Of a stretch of DNA of 64,000 nucleotides, positions 27,101 to 37,082 are shown piece after piece (within the stretch, counting starts at the first letter, position 1; every line of letters begins with the position of its first letter). Made by a program: the position numbers and the translations under genes. The DNA lies in contig CBDCXR010000004.1 of the NCBI GenBank assembly GCA_965223845.1, positions 2,560,001-2,624,000 on the forward strand. The letters run 5' to 3'. Source of the DNA: Planctomycetota bacterium (GTDB lineage Bacteria; Planctomycetota; UBA8108; SXIK01). Under the pieces are notes generated by a model that saw nothing but the letters and a program-made list of their open reading frames with translations, had not been told where the DNA came from and did no database searches.

Positions 27101-30100
27101 TCACTCGCAGGGCGGAAACGCTTCACAACCGAGAGTGGACGGCGTCGGGTCGATCCCGCAGCCGCTCGTCGGCTCGGGCGGCCTCTGGCCGCGCCCGAAG
27201 AGGAAATTGAGGAGATAGATCGCGTCGGCGATATCGACGCGAGCGCTGTCGTCCGCGTCCGCGCTTTCGAGACAGCTCGGATCGAAGCTCCCGACGAAGA
27301 GGTAGCCGAGGATTGCGACCGGATCGCTGATATCGACGCGCGTGTCGGCGTTCGCGTCCCCGCGCCGGAAGCGGGGCTCGTCCCGCGTTTCGGCGAGATC
27401 GAGCGAGCAGGACGCGCCCCGCGTTCGACTCTCGCCGATCGCGCCGCACACGCTCCACGTCACCGTGCCTTCCGCGAGTGCCGCGACCTCGGCGTCGACG
27501 AAGGAATCGGACGTCCCACCGAGGAGTGCGAGGAGTCGCCCCTGGCGATACACGCGAACGAGGTCGTACGCATCGGCGTTCCGCCACGAGATCACGACGG
27601 ATCCGTCCACGTCCCGTTCGCACGCGAGATCCGCGATCGGCGCCGCGCCGAGCTCGACTTCGATCGCGTTGTCCGCGGACGAGCCGCGCGGATCGAACTC
27701 GACGAGCGTCACGCGGAACCGCGAGCTCTCGTACGGTACGACCACCTGGGCCGAGAAGTTCCGGCGGCCGCCCGGAACGAGGTCGAGGATCGCTTCGACC
27801 GACGTCACCGGTCGCCACGATGCCGTCGCGGGGTCGCGGATCTCGACGCGGAGCTCGTTCTTGGTTTCGAACGGGCGCGCGATACCCCGATTGGTCACTT
27901 CGATCTCGAGCTCGACCGATGCTCCGGGAGCGGCGTGCCGGTCGCTCGCCCGGATCCCCGCGATGGCGAGGTCGCTTTCGAACGCGAGCGATTCGTCGAC
28001 GAGGAAGCTGAAATCGGGCGGACCGTCCGAGCAGTTCCGCACGGTGCGTACAGAGCCGTCCGCACGGAGCGCGACGTCGATCTCGAGATCGTGAGCCGCG
28101 TCGCTCGTCACGCTGCGGGCTCGGCCGACGGTGGGCGCGCCGGTGGCAGCATCGACCGGTGCGATGGCGAGCTCGCCGTCGCCGCCGGAGGCGCCGCGTC
28201 CCTCGAAGCTGCGGAACGCGATGACACCGAACCCGTCGGCGTCGAGCTCCACGCGGGGCCAGCGGCCGCTCGCGGATGCGTCCGGGCGACCGGGAACGGG
28301 GGCAAGTCGCTCGAGCGCACGCGGCGGTGCGAACCGCCCGTCGGCGAGAACGACGGTGTGGACGACGTCCATGTTGCCCTCTCCGGCGACACGTCGAGTC
28401 ACCGGATCGACGCGACGGGTCGTGAACGCCACGATGCCGTTCCCGCCGCGGCTGAGCGCGACGCTCGGCATCAGGGGGCCGGGTGATTCGTCGGGCGTCG
28501 TCAGCGCTTCGGGCGCCTGCCACGCTCCGCCCGCGAGCCGGCTCGCGACGATCATTCGATCGAGCGGCGTGTTGAAGTCACCGTCGAGGTCGCGGACCCA
28601 GACGACGGCACCGAGGGCTCCGAACGGATCGACGGCGATCGCGGGCGCGATGTCCGCAGCAGGCGCGCGACGATCGTCTCCGGAAACGGCGACCGGATCG
28701 CCGACCGCGTTTCCGCGGTCGATTTTCTGGGCCCAGATCGACGTCGAGCTGAGCTTTACGCGGCCGGTCGAATCGACGAACTCGGCGTCGTCCGCGTGAA
28801 TCCACGCCACCCACGCCGCGTCCTCTCCGGGTACGCTCGCGACGACGGGCTTCCCGTCGGGCTCGTCGTTCTCCGTGAGCCGCGCCGGCGCGCTCCATCC
28901 GGTTCGCGAATCCCAGATCGCGTAGAAGATCTCGTCACCCGCGAATCCCGCGTTCAGGTACTCGAGGTCGGTGAGAGATTGCCGGAGGAGCGCCGCCTCG
29001 GCGCGCGGAATCGCATTCTCCGTCCACACCGCGAGCGCGCGACGATCGTCGATGAAGGTGACTTCGACGTCTCGCTGAAACCGGTCGTCGCGAGCGCCGC
29101 GGAGGAACTCCGGCGCTTCCCAGCCGTCGCCGCGATCCACGCTGAAGAGGATCTCCGGGTCGACGTCGTTTTCGCCGAAGTCTTCCACCCATACGAGGAG
29201 CGATAGGTCGAGCTCGGGAGATGTCGCGAGGGACGGCGACTTGAGGCCCGGCCGCGCCTCGCCGCCGGCGAGCGCGCGGAGCTCCTCGTCGTCGTCCTCG
29301 GGATACTCGCAGTCATCCGGATAGGTCGTCGAGAAGAGCTCGAGCTCTTTCGAGAGACAGCCGGCACCGAAAAAGACGCAGCCTTCGAGAGTCGAACCGA
29401 GACTGAGACGAACGCACTCCTCGAGCTCGGTGAGGAGCTCCTGCCCCTGCAGACGCAGCGTGATCGGAAGCGCGAGACCGAGCTCCGGGCGCAGGGTCGC
29501 ACTCACCGAGGCGAGCCCGAAGAGAACGTCGACTTCCGCTTCGCCCTCACCCCAGCCGGTGACCTTGGGGATGAAGCGGACGCCGAGGTCGGCGTACGGC
29601 TCGTCGACTCCGACCTCGACCCGCACATCGGCGTCGAGGTCGACATCCACCCCGACCGTGAGGCTCACGTCGAGCTCGACGTAGACGGGCCCGAACGATC
29701 CTTCCCACAGCGTCTCGTCGAACAGCTCCCACTCCCACGCGTCGTCGTAAAGATCGATTCCGTTCTTGAAATAGAGGACGTTCAGGCGATCGCAAGCGAG
29801 TCCCGCGCTCTCGAACGCGACCTCCTCGTCCCAACGTTTCGAGACGAGATCGCGGGAGAGCAGCTCGAGGTCGACGCTCCCACCGAGCCGACTCGGCAGC
29901 CAGATGCCGTCGGTGTTGCCGAGAGTCTTGATCTCGCGGAACCGAAGCGTCTGGTCGAGTCGAACGTCGAGACGGTTGTCGTACGTCCGGTCGATCACCG
30001 GGACGTCGAATGTGCGTTCCCAAAGAGGCGCGTCCGGAAGCTGAGCGCGGAGAGTGTACTCACGCGTTTCAGGGTCGTAGGTGACGGTCTTCGCGACGAA

Positions 30101-32671
30101 GTCGTAGTCGAAGAACCGCGGGACGGGACAAAGCTTCACGTCGCGAAGTTCTTCGCCGACTCGTCCCGCCTCGTCCTCGGCGACGATCCAGAGCCTGACC
30201 AGCCCGACGGGAGGAAGGTCGCTCATGTTAAACGTCGCCTGCCAAAACGTCTGCGGATCGGGATCGCTCGCGTCCGATTGCACAGCGGAGCTCGCTGCGT
30301 GCACCTCGGCTTCACCGAGATCGCCGTCCGCGCCCACCAGTCGTACGACGACGGAGCGAACCGAAGTGTCCTCCGCGGGCGAGACCAAAAACTTGTACGT
30401 GTTCGATACGTCGGGGTCGACGTCCGGCACGAAGCGCTGATCCTCTGGCTTCGGCGAGAGGTGGGTGATCTTCGGCGCCGCTCCCGCCGGAGGAAGCGGA
30501 ACGTTCGGCTTCACGTCGATGGTGACGGTCTCGCCAGCCTTCGCGCAGTTGTTGTCGGTGACCGTCAACCGAACTTCGTAGAGACCGAAATCGGGAAAGA
30601 CGTGGGTGACCGTCGGCGTCGCGCTTTCGACGGGCGTGCCGTCGCCAAAGCGCCACTCGTACTTGATGATGACGCCGTCTTCGTCCGTCGCGTCCGCGCG
30701 CAGAGTGACGGGCACGCCGTTCTCGCAGGATGCGAGGCCGCGTTCGACTTGCGTTACGATCACCCCGCCGAGATCGATCCCGGACTCGCAGAGGGCGATC
30801 CCGACCGTCTCGTCGCGACCGACGTCGTGGATCACGGGCGGACGATTGCCGGAAATCCCACTGAAGTCGACCAGGGGATAGGGCGGCGGCGGAAACGACC
30901 CTCCGAGCGGATCCGTGCGCGCGTCCGTCGACACGAGGTAGTGATTCGTCGCCGCGTCGCCGCCGTCGATCCAGAATCGGACGGCGTAATCGCCTGCGGG
31001 AACGGGCTCGAGGATGACACCTTCCGCCCACTGCGCGCCGGACGCGATCGCGAGATCACCGAGATCGAACGGGATCGAGGTCGGCTGAAGGATCCCTTTC
31101 AGCTCACCTCGGAGATCGCCGAAGTGGTTCGCGCGCGCGGCGTGGAGGCGCACTCGGAGCCCCGCGAGGCTCTTCGGAATCGAGATTCGAGTTGCGACGT
31201 CGTTTGCACCGTCGCCGAGGAGCGGCACTCGCACGGAGTCGAGTCGCTGGCTGCCGAACTGAATGATCGTCGGGCAATTGACGACCGCGGCGAAGCACAT
31301 CGCGTCTTCTGCGTCATAGAGCTCGCCTCGCCCGACGATCGTGTACGGAACCGCGATCGCGTTCCCGCGCAGCCCCTCCTCCCGATCGTGGTAGCTCGTT
31401 GCATCGCCCGGGAGCGTCGAGACGGGCCGACCGAAACGGAAGACATCGATCGACTCGTACGGAACCGGAGTCGACCAAGTGAGGAACGCTTCGTCGACTC
31501 CGAGCGTACACGTCACATCCTCGACCCCGGGAAGTCGAGGATCACGATACTCGACTGCATCGGGAATCACGACGGGGAGCTCGTTCTCCGCCGCCGGATT
31601 TCTCACCGCGACGTCGTAGAAGCCTTCGTCGTGCGGCGGGACATCGACCGCGATGCGATCTCGCGCCAATCGGCGAGGATTCCGGGCCGGGGTTCCGCCA
31701 ACGGTCACCTCGAGGCCCGCGCGGACGCCCTGACCGTACAAGCGGAGCTCCGTTCCGCCCCGCGTCGGATGAACGAGAGGATCGATCGCTTCGACGGCGA
31801 ACGAAGGCGGTTCGAGCACGGGCCGGTAGAACTCGAGGTTGTCGATGATCTCGTTCCCGTTGTCCGCGATGCCGACTTCGCGTCCACTCTCGAGCGAGAC
31901 GAGGTGGAGCTCGACGCGGTAGATGTCGACTTCCTCGGAGAGTACCGAAAGCGGCCGGTCGACGCTCGTTCTCGTCGCGCCGAGGAGAACGACGTCCTCG
32001 CCGACGACTCTCTCGTTCACATCCAAGGCGCGCAGACGAGCGCGCGTCGTCTCGAGACCGGTCGGAAATCGGAGCCCGGTGAGCATCCGCACGAACTGGA
32101 CGGGTTCGACGAATCGAATCGACATCGGATCCGGGTTGCCGGGCTCGATGTCGTCGGAGCCCTCGAGAACTTGCGCCGCGCGCGGCCGCGACCACGTGAT
32201 CGCGGTGACCGCGCGGACCGGAGGCGTCCGCAGCGGAAAGACGACGCCCTCGTTCTCGTACTGTCGCTCGATCGGAACGTTGTCGTCGAGCTCGTCGAAC
32301 GTGATCAGTGTGCCCGGAAACACCGTCATGCGAGTTTCGGTCGTCTGATCTCCGAACGACGCCGTGACGACGACCTCCTCGGGGCGATCCACCTCCGCGA
32401 CGGCGACGGTCTTCGCGATCGTCCGCTGCGACTCGCCGAGCGAAACGGAGTCCGGCACGGCGAGGATTTCCGGTCGACTGGAGGACAGGTCCACGGTGAG
32501 CCGAGCGGACGGCAGCGGCCGCTCGACCGTGATGCGAACGACCTGAACCTGTCCGTGGACGAGGAATGCGGGAAGTGCGGGCGGGAGCAAGCGTGCGTTC
32601 GGCGGCTCCTGCGCGCGGATCAAGGCCGACCCGAAAAGGACGGCCACGACGGCGAGAGATCGAAGCGTCAT
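27101..32671 (-). CDS. Large (~1850 aa) secreted multidomain protein: Ig/IPT, PKD, beta-propeller-like, CARDB-like and C-terminal dockerin-like domains
   Basis: Signal peptide MTLRSLAVVAVLFGSALIRA. IPT-like P..GGTELRLYG. PKD motif YEWRFGDG..H.F...G.Y.V.LTVTD. C-terminal FRRGDANADTRVDISD..DADDSARVDIAD. Confidence 0.8.
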   Translation of the reverse strand: MTLRSLAVVAVLFGSALIRAQEPPNARLLPPALPAFLVHGQVQVVRITVERPLPSARLTVDLSSSRPEILAVPDSVSLGESQRTIAKTVAVAEVDRPEEVVVTASFGDQTTETRMTVFPGTLITFDELDDNVPIERQYENEGVVFPLRTPPVRAVTAITWSRPRAAQVLEGSDDIEPGNPDPMSIRFVEPVQFVRMLTGLRFPTGLETTRARLRALDVNERVVGEDVVLLGATRTSVDRPLSVLSEEVDIYRVELHLVSLESGREVGIADNGNEIIDNLEFYRPVLEPPSFAVEAIDPLVHPTRGGTELRLYGQGVRAGLEVTVGGTPARNPRRLARDRIAVDVPPHDEGFYDVAVRNPAAENELPVVIPDAVEYRDPRLPGVEDVTCTLGVDEAFLTWSTPVPYESIDVFRFGRPVSTLPGDATSYHDREEGLRGNAIAVPYTIVGRGELYDAEDAMCFAAVVNCPTIIQFGSQRLDSVRVPLLGDGANDVATRISIPKSLAGLRVRLHAARANHFGDLRGELKGILQPTSIPFDLGDLAIASGAQWAEGVILEPVPAGDYAVRFWIDGGDAATNHYLVSTDARTDPLGGSFPPPPYPLVDFSGISGNRPPVIHDVGRDETVGIALCESGIDLGGVIVTQVERGLASCENGVPVTLRADATDEDGVIIKYEWRFGDGTPVESATPTVTHVFPDFGLYEVRLTVTDNNCAKAGETVTIDVKPNVPLPPAGAAPKITHLSPKPEDQRFVPDVDPDVSNTYKFLVSPAEDTSVRSVVVRLVGADGDLGEAEVHAASSAVQSDASDPDPQTFWQATFNMSDLPPVGLVRLWIVAEDEAGRVGEELRDVKLCPVPRFFDYDFVAKTVTYDPETREYTLRAQLPDAPLWERTFDVPVIDRTYDNRLDVRLDQTLRFREIKTLGNTDGIWLPSRLGGSVDLELLSRDLVSKRWDEEVAFESAGLACDRLNVLYFKNGIDLYDDAWEWELFDETLWEGSFGPVYVELDVSLTVGVDVDLDADVRVEVGVDEPYADLGVRFIPKVTGWGEGEAEVDVLFGLASVSATLRPELGLALPITLRLQGQELLTELEECVRLSLGSTLEGCVFFGAGCLSKELELFSTTYPDDCEYPEDDDEELRALAGGEARPGLKSPSLATSPELDLSLLVWVEDFGENDVDPEILFSVDRGDGWEAPEFLRGARDDRFQRDVEVTFIDDRRALAVWTENAIPRAEAALLRQSLTDLEYLNAGFAGDEIFYAIWDSRTGWSAPARLTENDEPDGKPVVASVPGEDAAWVAWIHADDAEFVDSTGRVKLSSTSIWAQKIDRGNAVGDPVAVSGDDRRAPAADIAPAIAVDPFGALGAVVWVRDLDGDFNTPLDRMIVASRLAGGAWQAPEALTTPDESPGPLMPSVALSRGGNGIVAFTTRRVDPVTRRVAGEGNMDVVHTVVLADGRFAPPRALERLAPVPGRPDASASGRWPRVELDADGFGVIAFRSFEGRGASGGDGELAIAPVDAATGAPTVGRARSVTSDAAHDLEIDVALRADGSVRTVRNCSDGPPDFSFLVDESLAFESDLAIAGIRASDRHAAPGASVELEIEVTNRGIARPFETKNELRVEIRDPATASWRPVTSVEAILDLVPGGRRNFSAQVVVPYESSRFRVTLVEFDPRGSSADNAIEVELGAAPIADLACERDVDGSVVISWRNADAYDLVRVYRQGRLLALLGGTSDSFVDAEVAALAEGTVTWSVCGAIGESRTRGASCSLDLAETRDEPRFRRGDANADTRVDISDPVAILGYLFVGSFDPSCLESADADDSARVDIADAIYLLNFLFGRGQRPPEPTSGCGIDPTPSTLGCEAFPPCE

Positions 32672-32922
32672 TGGAACAGATCTCCGGGGCGCGACGACGA
32701 ACGGGGCGGAGCTCCCCGCGGCGCCGCGTCGCTCGGGAGTCGCGCCGGACGCCGTCACGTGGCGTCCGACGCGGGAGGAAACCGAGCCGCCGTGCTCGAC
32801 GTGGACCGAGAATCTCGAACTTTTTTTCCGCCGGGGCGATGGACCCCCGAGGGCGCGTTCGTCGCTCGGACCGGGGAGCGCCCCTCGACTGGCTTCCCGG
32901 AGCGGCATACGATGCTCTCGCG

Positions 32923-33561
32923 ATGCAATCCGACTCCTCGCCCCAGACCGACGCCGCCGAACGCGAGGTCGTTCGGCGCGCGCTCGCCGGAGACCGCCGC
33001 GCGTTCGACGAGCTTCTCGAAAGCTACCGGCCGCGTCTCCGGCGCATGATCGAGCTCCGCATCAGCACGGAGCTGCGCGCCCGTGTGGACGCTTCCGATG
33101 TGATTCAGGAGACTTTTCTCGAGGCGTCCGAGCGGCTCGCGGATTACGCGACCCAGCCGAAGACGTCGTTCTTTCTTTGGGTGAGGTATCTCGCGCGCCA
33201 GCGCCTCGTGTCGCTCTATCGTCACCACGTCGACGTCAAGGCGCGGGACGCCAGGCGCGAGCTCTCGATCTACAATCGCCCCGGAGGATCGTCGGCCGGG
33301 ATCGCGAGTCGACTCGTGGGGAACTGGACGTCGCCCACGAAGGCGACGGAACGAGCCGAGATCACCCGCGTCGTCGAGGAGGCGCTCGAGGCGCTCGACC
33401 CGATCGATCGCGAGGTTCTCGTCCTCCGGCACTTCGAGCAGCTCTCCAATCGCGAGATCGCGGCGGAGCTCGATCTCGACGTCTCCGCTGCGAGCAAGCG
33501 ATACATCCGCGCCGTCGGTCGCCTTCGAACGGTGATCGAGCGTTTCGGCCTGCCGCAATGA
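32923..33561 (+). CDS. ECF sigma factor (planctomycete-type, kinase-associated)
   Basis: YRPRLRRMI, DASDVIQE, W.R.LARQRL, ARDARRE, DREVLVLRHFEQLSNREIA, SKRYIRA. Overlaps the kinase start (ATGA). Confidence 0.9.
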   Translation: MQSDSSPQTDAAEREVVRRALAGDRRAFDELLESYRPRLRRMIELRISTELRARVDASDVIQETFLEASERLADYATQPKTSFFLWVRYLARQRLVSLYRHHVDVKARDARRELSIYNRPGGSSAGIASRLVGNWTSPTKATERAEITRVVEEALEALDPIDREVLVLRHFEQLSNREIAAELDLDVSAASKRYIRAVGRLRTVIERFGLPQ

Positions 33562-36500
33562 ACCCGACCGACCACGCAGACGACCTCGACCCTTCGACGA
33601 TCGATCCCATCGACGCTCTCGCCGTCGAGTTTCTCGCGGCGGCTCGACGCGGTGAGGATCCATCGGTCGAAACCTACGCGGCCGCCCATCCGGGACTCGC
33701 GGAGCAGATTCACGAGCTCTTTCCGACTCTCCTCCTCCTCGAGGTGGCGGCGTCCGAATCGAAAGGTGAACCGCCGGCGGTGAGCGGACGAAGCGACTTT
33801 CCGGCGATCAGCGGATTCACGGTTCTGAGCGAAATCGGCCGCGGCGGCATGGGAGTCGTCTACGAAGCGGATGACCTCGCTCTCGACCGCCGCGTGGCGC
33901 TCAAGGTTCTGGAGGGCACGGGACGACTGTCGCCGGACCAAATTGAACGATTCCGCTCCGAAGCCCGCGCGGCCGCACGCCTCCACCACACGAACATCGT
34001 TCCCGTGTTCGAAGTGGGTGACGACGGCGGAGTGCTCTACTACTCGATGCAGCGGATCGGCGGACAGAGCCTCGACAAGATCATCGCGGAAGCGGCGAAG
34101 AACGCGGGCGAGCGAGACGGGGATCACCATCGCGCGCCTCGCAGCCCGGCGTACTTCGATGCGGTCGCGCGCATCGGGATCGACATCGCCTCGGCGCTCG
34201 CACACGCGCACAGCGCCGGAATTCTTCACCGCGACCTCAAGCCGTCGAACATCCTCGTCGATCAGCGCGCAAACGCCTGGTTGACGGATTTCGGTTTGGC
34301 GAAAGTCGCCGATGGCGCCGACCTCACGCGCTCGGGCGACGTGGTCGGGACACTTCGCTACCTGTCTCCCGAGCGACTCGACGGTAGGTCTTCTCCGGAA
34401 AGCGACATCTACGGACTCGGTCTCTCCCTCTACGAAATGCTCGCGCTACGACCGGCGTTCCCGTCGCGCGTGCGGATCGCACTGCTCGCCGAGATTTCCG
34501 AGTGCCGTCCCGCCCCGCTCGATCGGATCGAACCGCTCGTCCCGCGCGATCTCGCGACGATCGTTCACAAGTCGATCGCGCGGAATCCGAGGGATCGCTA
34601 TTCCTCCGGCGACGAATTCGCCGCCGATCTCCGCGCATTTCTCGAGCGCCGACCGATTCGCGCCCGACGCGTCGGTCTCGGCGAGCGTACGTGGCGCTGG
34701 TGCGAGCGGAATCCGGTGGTCGCAACGCTTTGCGCGTCGTCGGCGCTTCTTCTCGTCGCGCTCGCCGTCGTCGGATTCACGAGCGCCTCGCGGCTGCGCA
34801 GCTCTCTTCACGGGAGTCTCGTCAACGAGTCGCGCGCCTGGCGGCAGACCGGCGGCGCCGGTCACGCGATCCTCGCCCAAGCCGCGATCGTCGAGGCGGC
34901 GCAGATGGGATCTAGCGAAGGATTGCGGGACGAAGCGCTCTCGAGCGTATTCGCCGTCGACCTCCGACCGAGACGAGAGATCGCACGGCCGCCGCGTCTC
35001 GTCTCCACGTTCGACCGCGCGCTGTCGCGCTACTCGATTCCCGGCTCGCGCGCGATCGAGATTCGGGAGACGACACGAGACGAGGTCATCGACCGCTTCG
35101 AGCTCCCCGCGAGTCTGCGCACGTTCGATCTCGTGAAGCTGAGCGGAGGAGCGCGGTACACGGCCGTGCGCTCGGGGCTAGATGGTCCGCGCCGTCTGTG
35201 GATCTGGCACGCGGAGGCCAGCGACTGGCTCGGTCCGTGGCCCGTCGATCGCAGCTCCGACCCCATCGCCTTCTCCGCGGACGAGTCGCGGATCGCGGTG
35301 ATCGCATCGGACGGGACGATCGAAGTGCGGTCTCTGCCCGACGGGCGCGAGCTCACTCGGATCCGCCCGGGCACCCGTCCTCGAACGCTCGAGTTTTCGC
35401 CGGATGGAGCCGAGCTCGCATCCGCGGGACGACGCTCGCTCGCCGTCGAGATCCATCGCACCTCGTCGGGACAGCGCGTCGCTCGCCTTCACCACTCGGG
35501 GCGCCCCGCCGCGATGGCTTGGAATCCGCGTCGTCGAGAAATCGCGGTCGCGTGTTTCAACTTCGACGCTTTCATTTGGGACGTCGAGAGGAAGCGGCGG
35601 CGCTCGGTTCTGCGCGGACACCGGGCGGAGGTGCACTGTGTCGCCTACAGCGGAGACGGCGAGCTCCTCGCAACGTCGAGCTGGGACGGAACGACGCGCC
35701 TCTGGCGCGCGACGACGGGCGACCTTCTCGTGACTGCTCCCGGAACTCTCATCGCGTTCGCCGACGATGGCCGATCCCTAGCCGTCGAGGGCGCGCGCGC
35801 TCAGACAATCCTCTACGACGTGCACCGCGAGGATGGTGTCGAGCGCACCGCGTTCGAAATGGTCGACAAGGGGCCGGCGCAGGTCGCGTTCTCGCCGTGC
35901 GGCCGCTGGCTCGCCGCCGCCTGCGGCCGAGACCAGGCGTACGTCTGGCGTCACGGCGGGCGACCGCAGCTCCTTCCCGTCGGCCGCTGCGACCGGGTCG
36001 GATTCGGCCCCGCGGGCGACAGCCTCTACACCGCGGGATCGCGTCTCTATCGCTGGGCGATTCGCGAGGAGAAAAACTCGGCGGTGACGATCGGACCGCC
36101 CGAGCCCATAGCGTTCACCGGTCGCGATCTCGCCGTCGCGAGCGCCGGCGGCTGGATCGCCCGCCTCCAGGTCGATCGACTCGCCGTCGCGGACTGCCGG
36201 GACCCGGCGAGCCCACAAGTCGTCGGCGAGCACCCGGGAGCGTGGTTCCTCGCCGTTTCGCCGGACGGCCGCTGGGGCGCGACCGGAACGGGAACGGCGC
36301 GCGGAGTAAGGATCTGGGCGATCGCCCAGCGTGAACTCGCTCACGAAATCGAATCCACCCGCGCGGGAGTCACCTTCAGTCCGAGCGGACGCTGGCTCGT
36401 CGTCGGCGAGGGTGAGCTCTACTCGCTCGTCGAGACGGAGAGCGGAGAGAAGCTCTGGACGTTCGCGCGCACGACGGCGAACGATCGTCCCGGCCCGGCG

Positions 36501-37064
36501 GCCTTCGATCCGGGCGAACGAATCGTCGCGCTCGTCGAATCGCATCGCGACGTCGTCCTCATCGATCGCTCGTCCGGCGCGGTGCTCGCCCGACCCCAGC
36601 GAACCGATTCTGGCGATGTCACGTCACTCGAGTTCTCGAGCTCGGGGGATCGACTCGCGCTCTCGACCGAGGATCACGTCGTCGAGATCTGGGATCTCCG
36701 TCGCTTCGCCGACCGACTCTCCACTCTCGGTGTCGAGTGGCGCATCGAGTTCGCCGAGCCGCGCTCGAACGTCGAGGAACTGAGATCGCTGATCGTCTTG
36801 GCCGGCGCGCTCGCCGACAAACCCGCGGATTCGCCGATCGCCCGCACGGCCGAGACTCTGGCCGTCATCGACGCGCTGAGCGTCGCCCTCACGGCGAATC
36901 CCGCCGACGAGGCGCTCCTCGGACGCCGAGCGGCCGCGCTCGAGTCCTTGGGCTACCTCGACGACGCGCTCGTCGACGCGGAGAGGGCGCTCGAGCTCTC
37001 TCCCAACCGGGACAGCCTCACCGAGCTCCGGAGTCGAATTCTTCAGCGGATCGACGCGCGCTGA
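33558..37064 (+). CDS. Ser/Thr protein kinase with TM helix, WD40 repeats and C-terminal TPR
   Basis: IGRGGMGVVY, VALK, HRDLKPSN, TDFGLA, GTLRYLSPE, W.ERNP + TM, GH..V..VAYS.DG..LATSSWDGT.RLW. Confidence 0.9.
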   Translation: MNPTDHADDLDPSTIDPIDALAVEFLAAARRGEDPSVETYAAAHPGLAEQIHELFPTLLLLEVAASESKGEPPAVSGRSDFPAISGFTVLSEIGRGGMGVVYEADDLALDRRVALKVLEGTGRLSPDQIERFRSEARAAARLHHTNIVPVFEVGDDGGVLYYSMQRIGGQSLDKIIAEAAKNAGERDGDHHRAPRSPAYFDAVARIGIDIASALAHAHSAGILHRDLKPSNILVDQRANAWLTDFGLAKVADGADLTRSGDVVGTLRYLSPERLDGRSSPESDIYGLGLSLYEMLALRPAFPSRVRIALLAEISECRPAPLDRIEPLVPRDLATIVHKSIARNPRDRYSSGDEFAADLRAFLERRPIRARRVGLGERTWRWCERNPVVATLCASSALLLVALAVVGFTSASRLRSSLHGSLVNESRAWRQTGGAGHAILAQAAIVEAAQMGSSEGLRDEALSSVFAVDLRPRREIARPPRLVSTFDRALSRYSIPGSRAIEIRETTRDEVIDRFELPASLRTFDLVKLSGGARYTAVRSGLDGPRRLWIWHAEASDWLGPWPVDRSSDPIAFSADESRIAVIASDGTIEVRSLPDGRELTRIRPGTRPRTLEFSPDGAELASAGRRSLAVEIHRTSSGQRVARLHHSGRPAAMAWNPRRREIAVACFNFDAFIWDVERKRRRSVLRGHRAEVHCVAYSGDGELLATSSWDGTTRLWRATTGDLLVTAPGTLIAFADDGRSLAVEGARAQTILYDVHREDGVERTAFEMVDKGPAQVAFSPCGRWLAAACGRDQAYVWRHGGRPQLLPVGRCDRVGFGPAGDSLYTAGSRLYRWAIREEKNSAVTIGPPEPIAFTGRDLAVASAGGWIARLQVDRLAVADCRDPASPQVVGEHPGAWFLAVSPDGRWGATGTGTARGVRIWAIAQRELAHEIESTRAGVTFSPSGRWLVVGEGELYSLVETESGEKLWTFARTTANDRPGPAAFDPGERIVALVESHRDVVLIDRSSGAVLARPQRTDSGDVTSLEFSSSGDRLALSTEDHVVEIWDLRRFADRLSTLGVEWRIEFAEPRSNVEELRSLIVLAGALADKPADSPIARTAETLAVIDALSVALTANPADEALLGRRAAALESLGYLDDALVDAERALELSPNRDSLTELRSRILQRIDAR

Positions 37065-37082
37065 TCGCGACGCAACCGCGAA

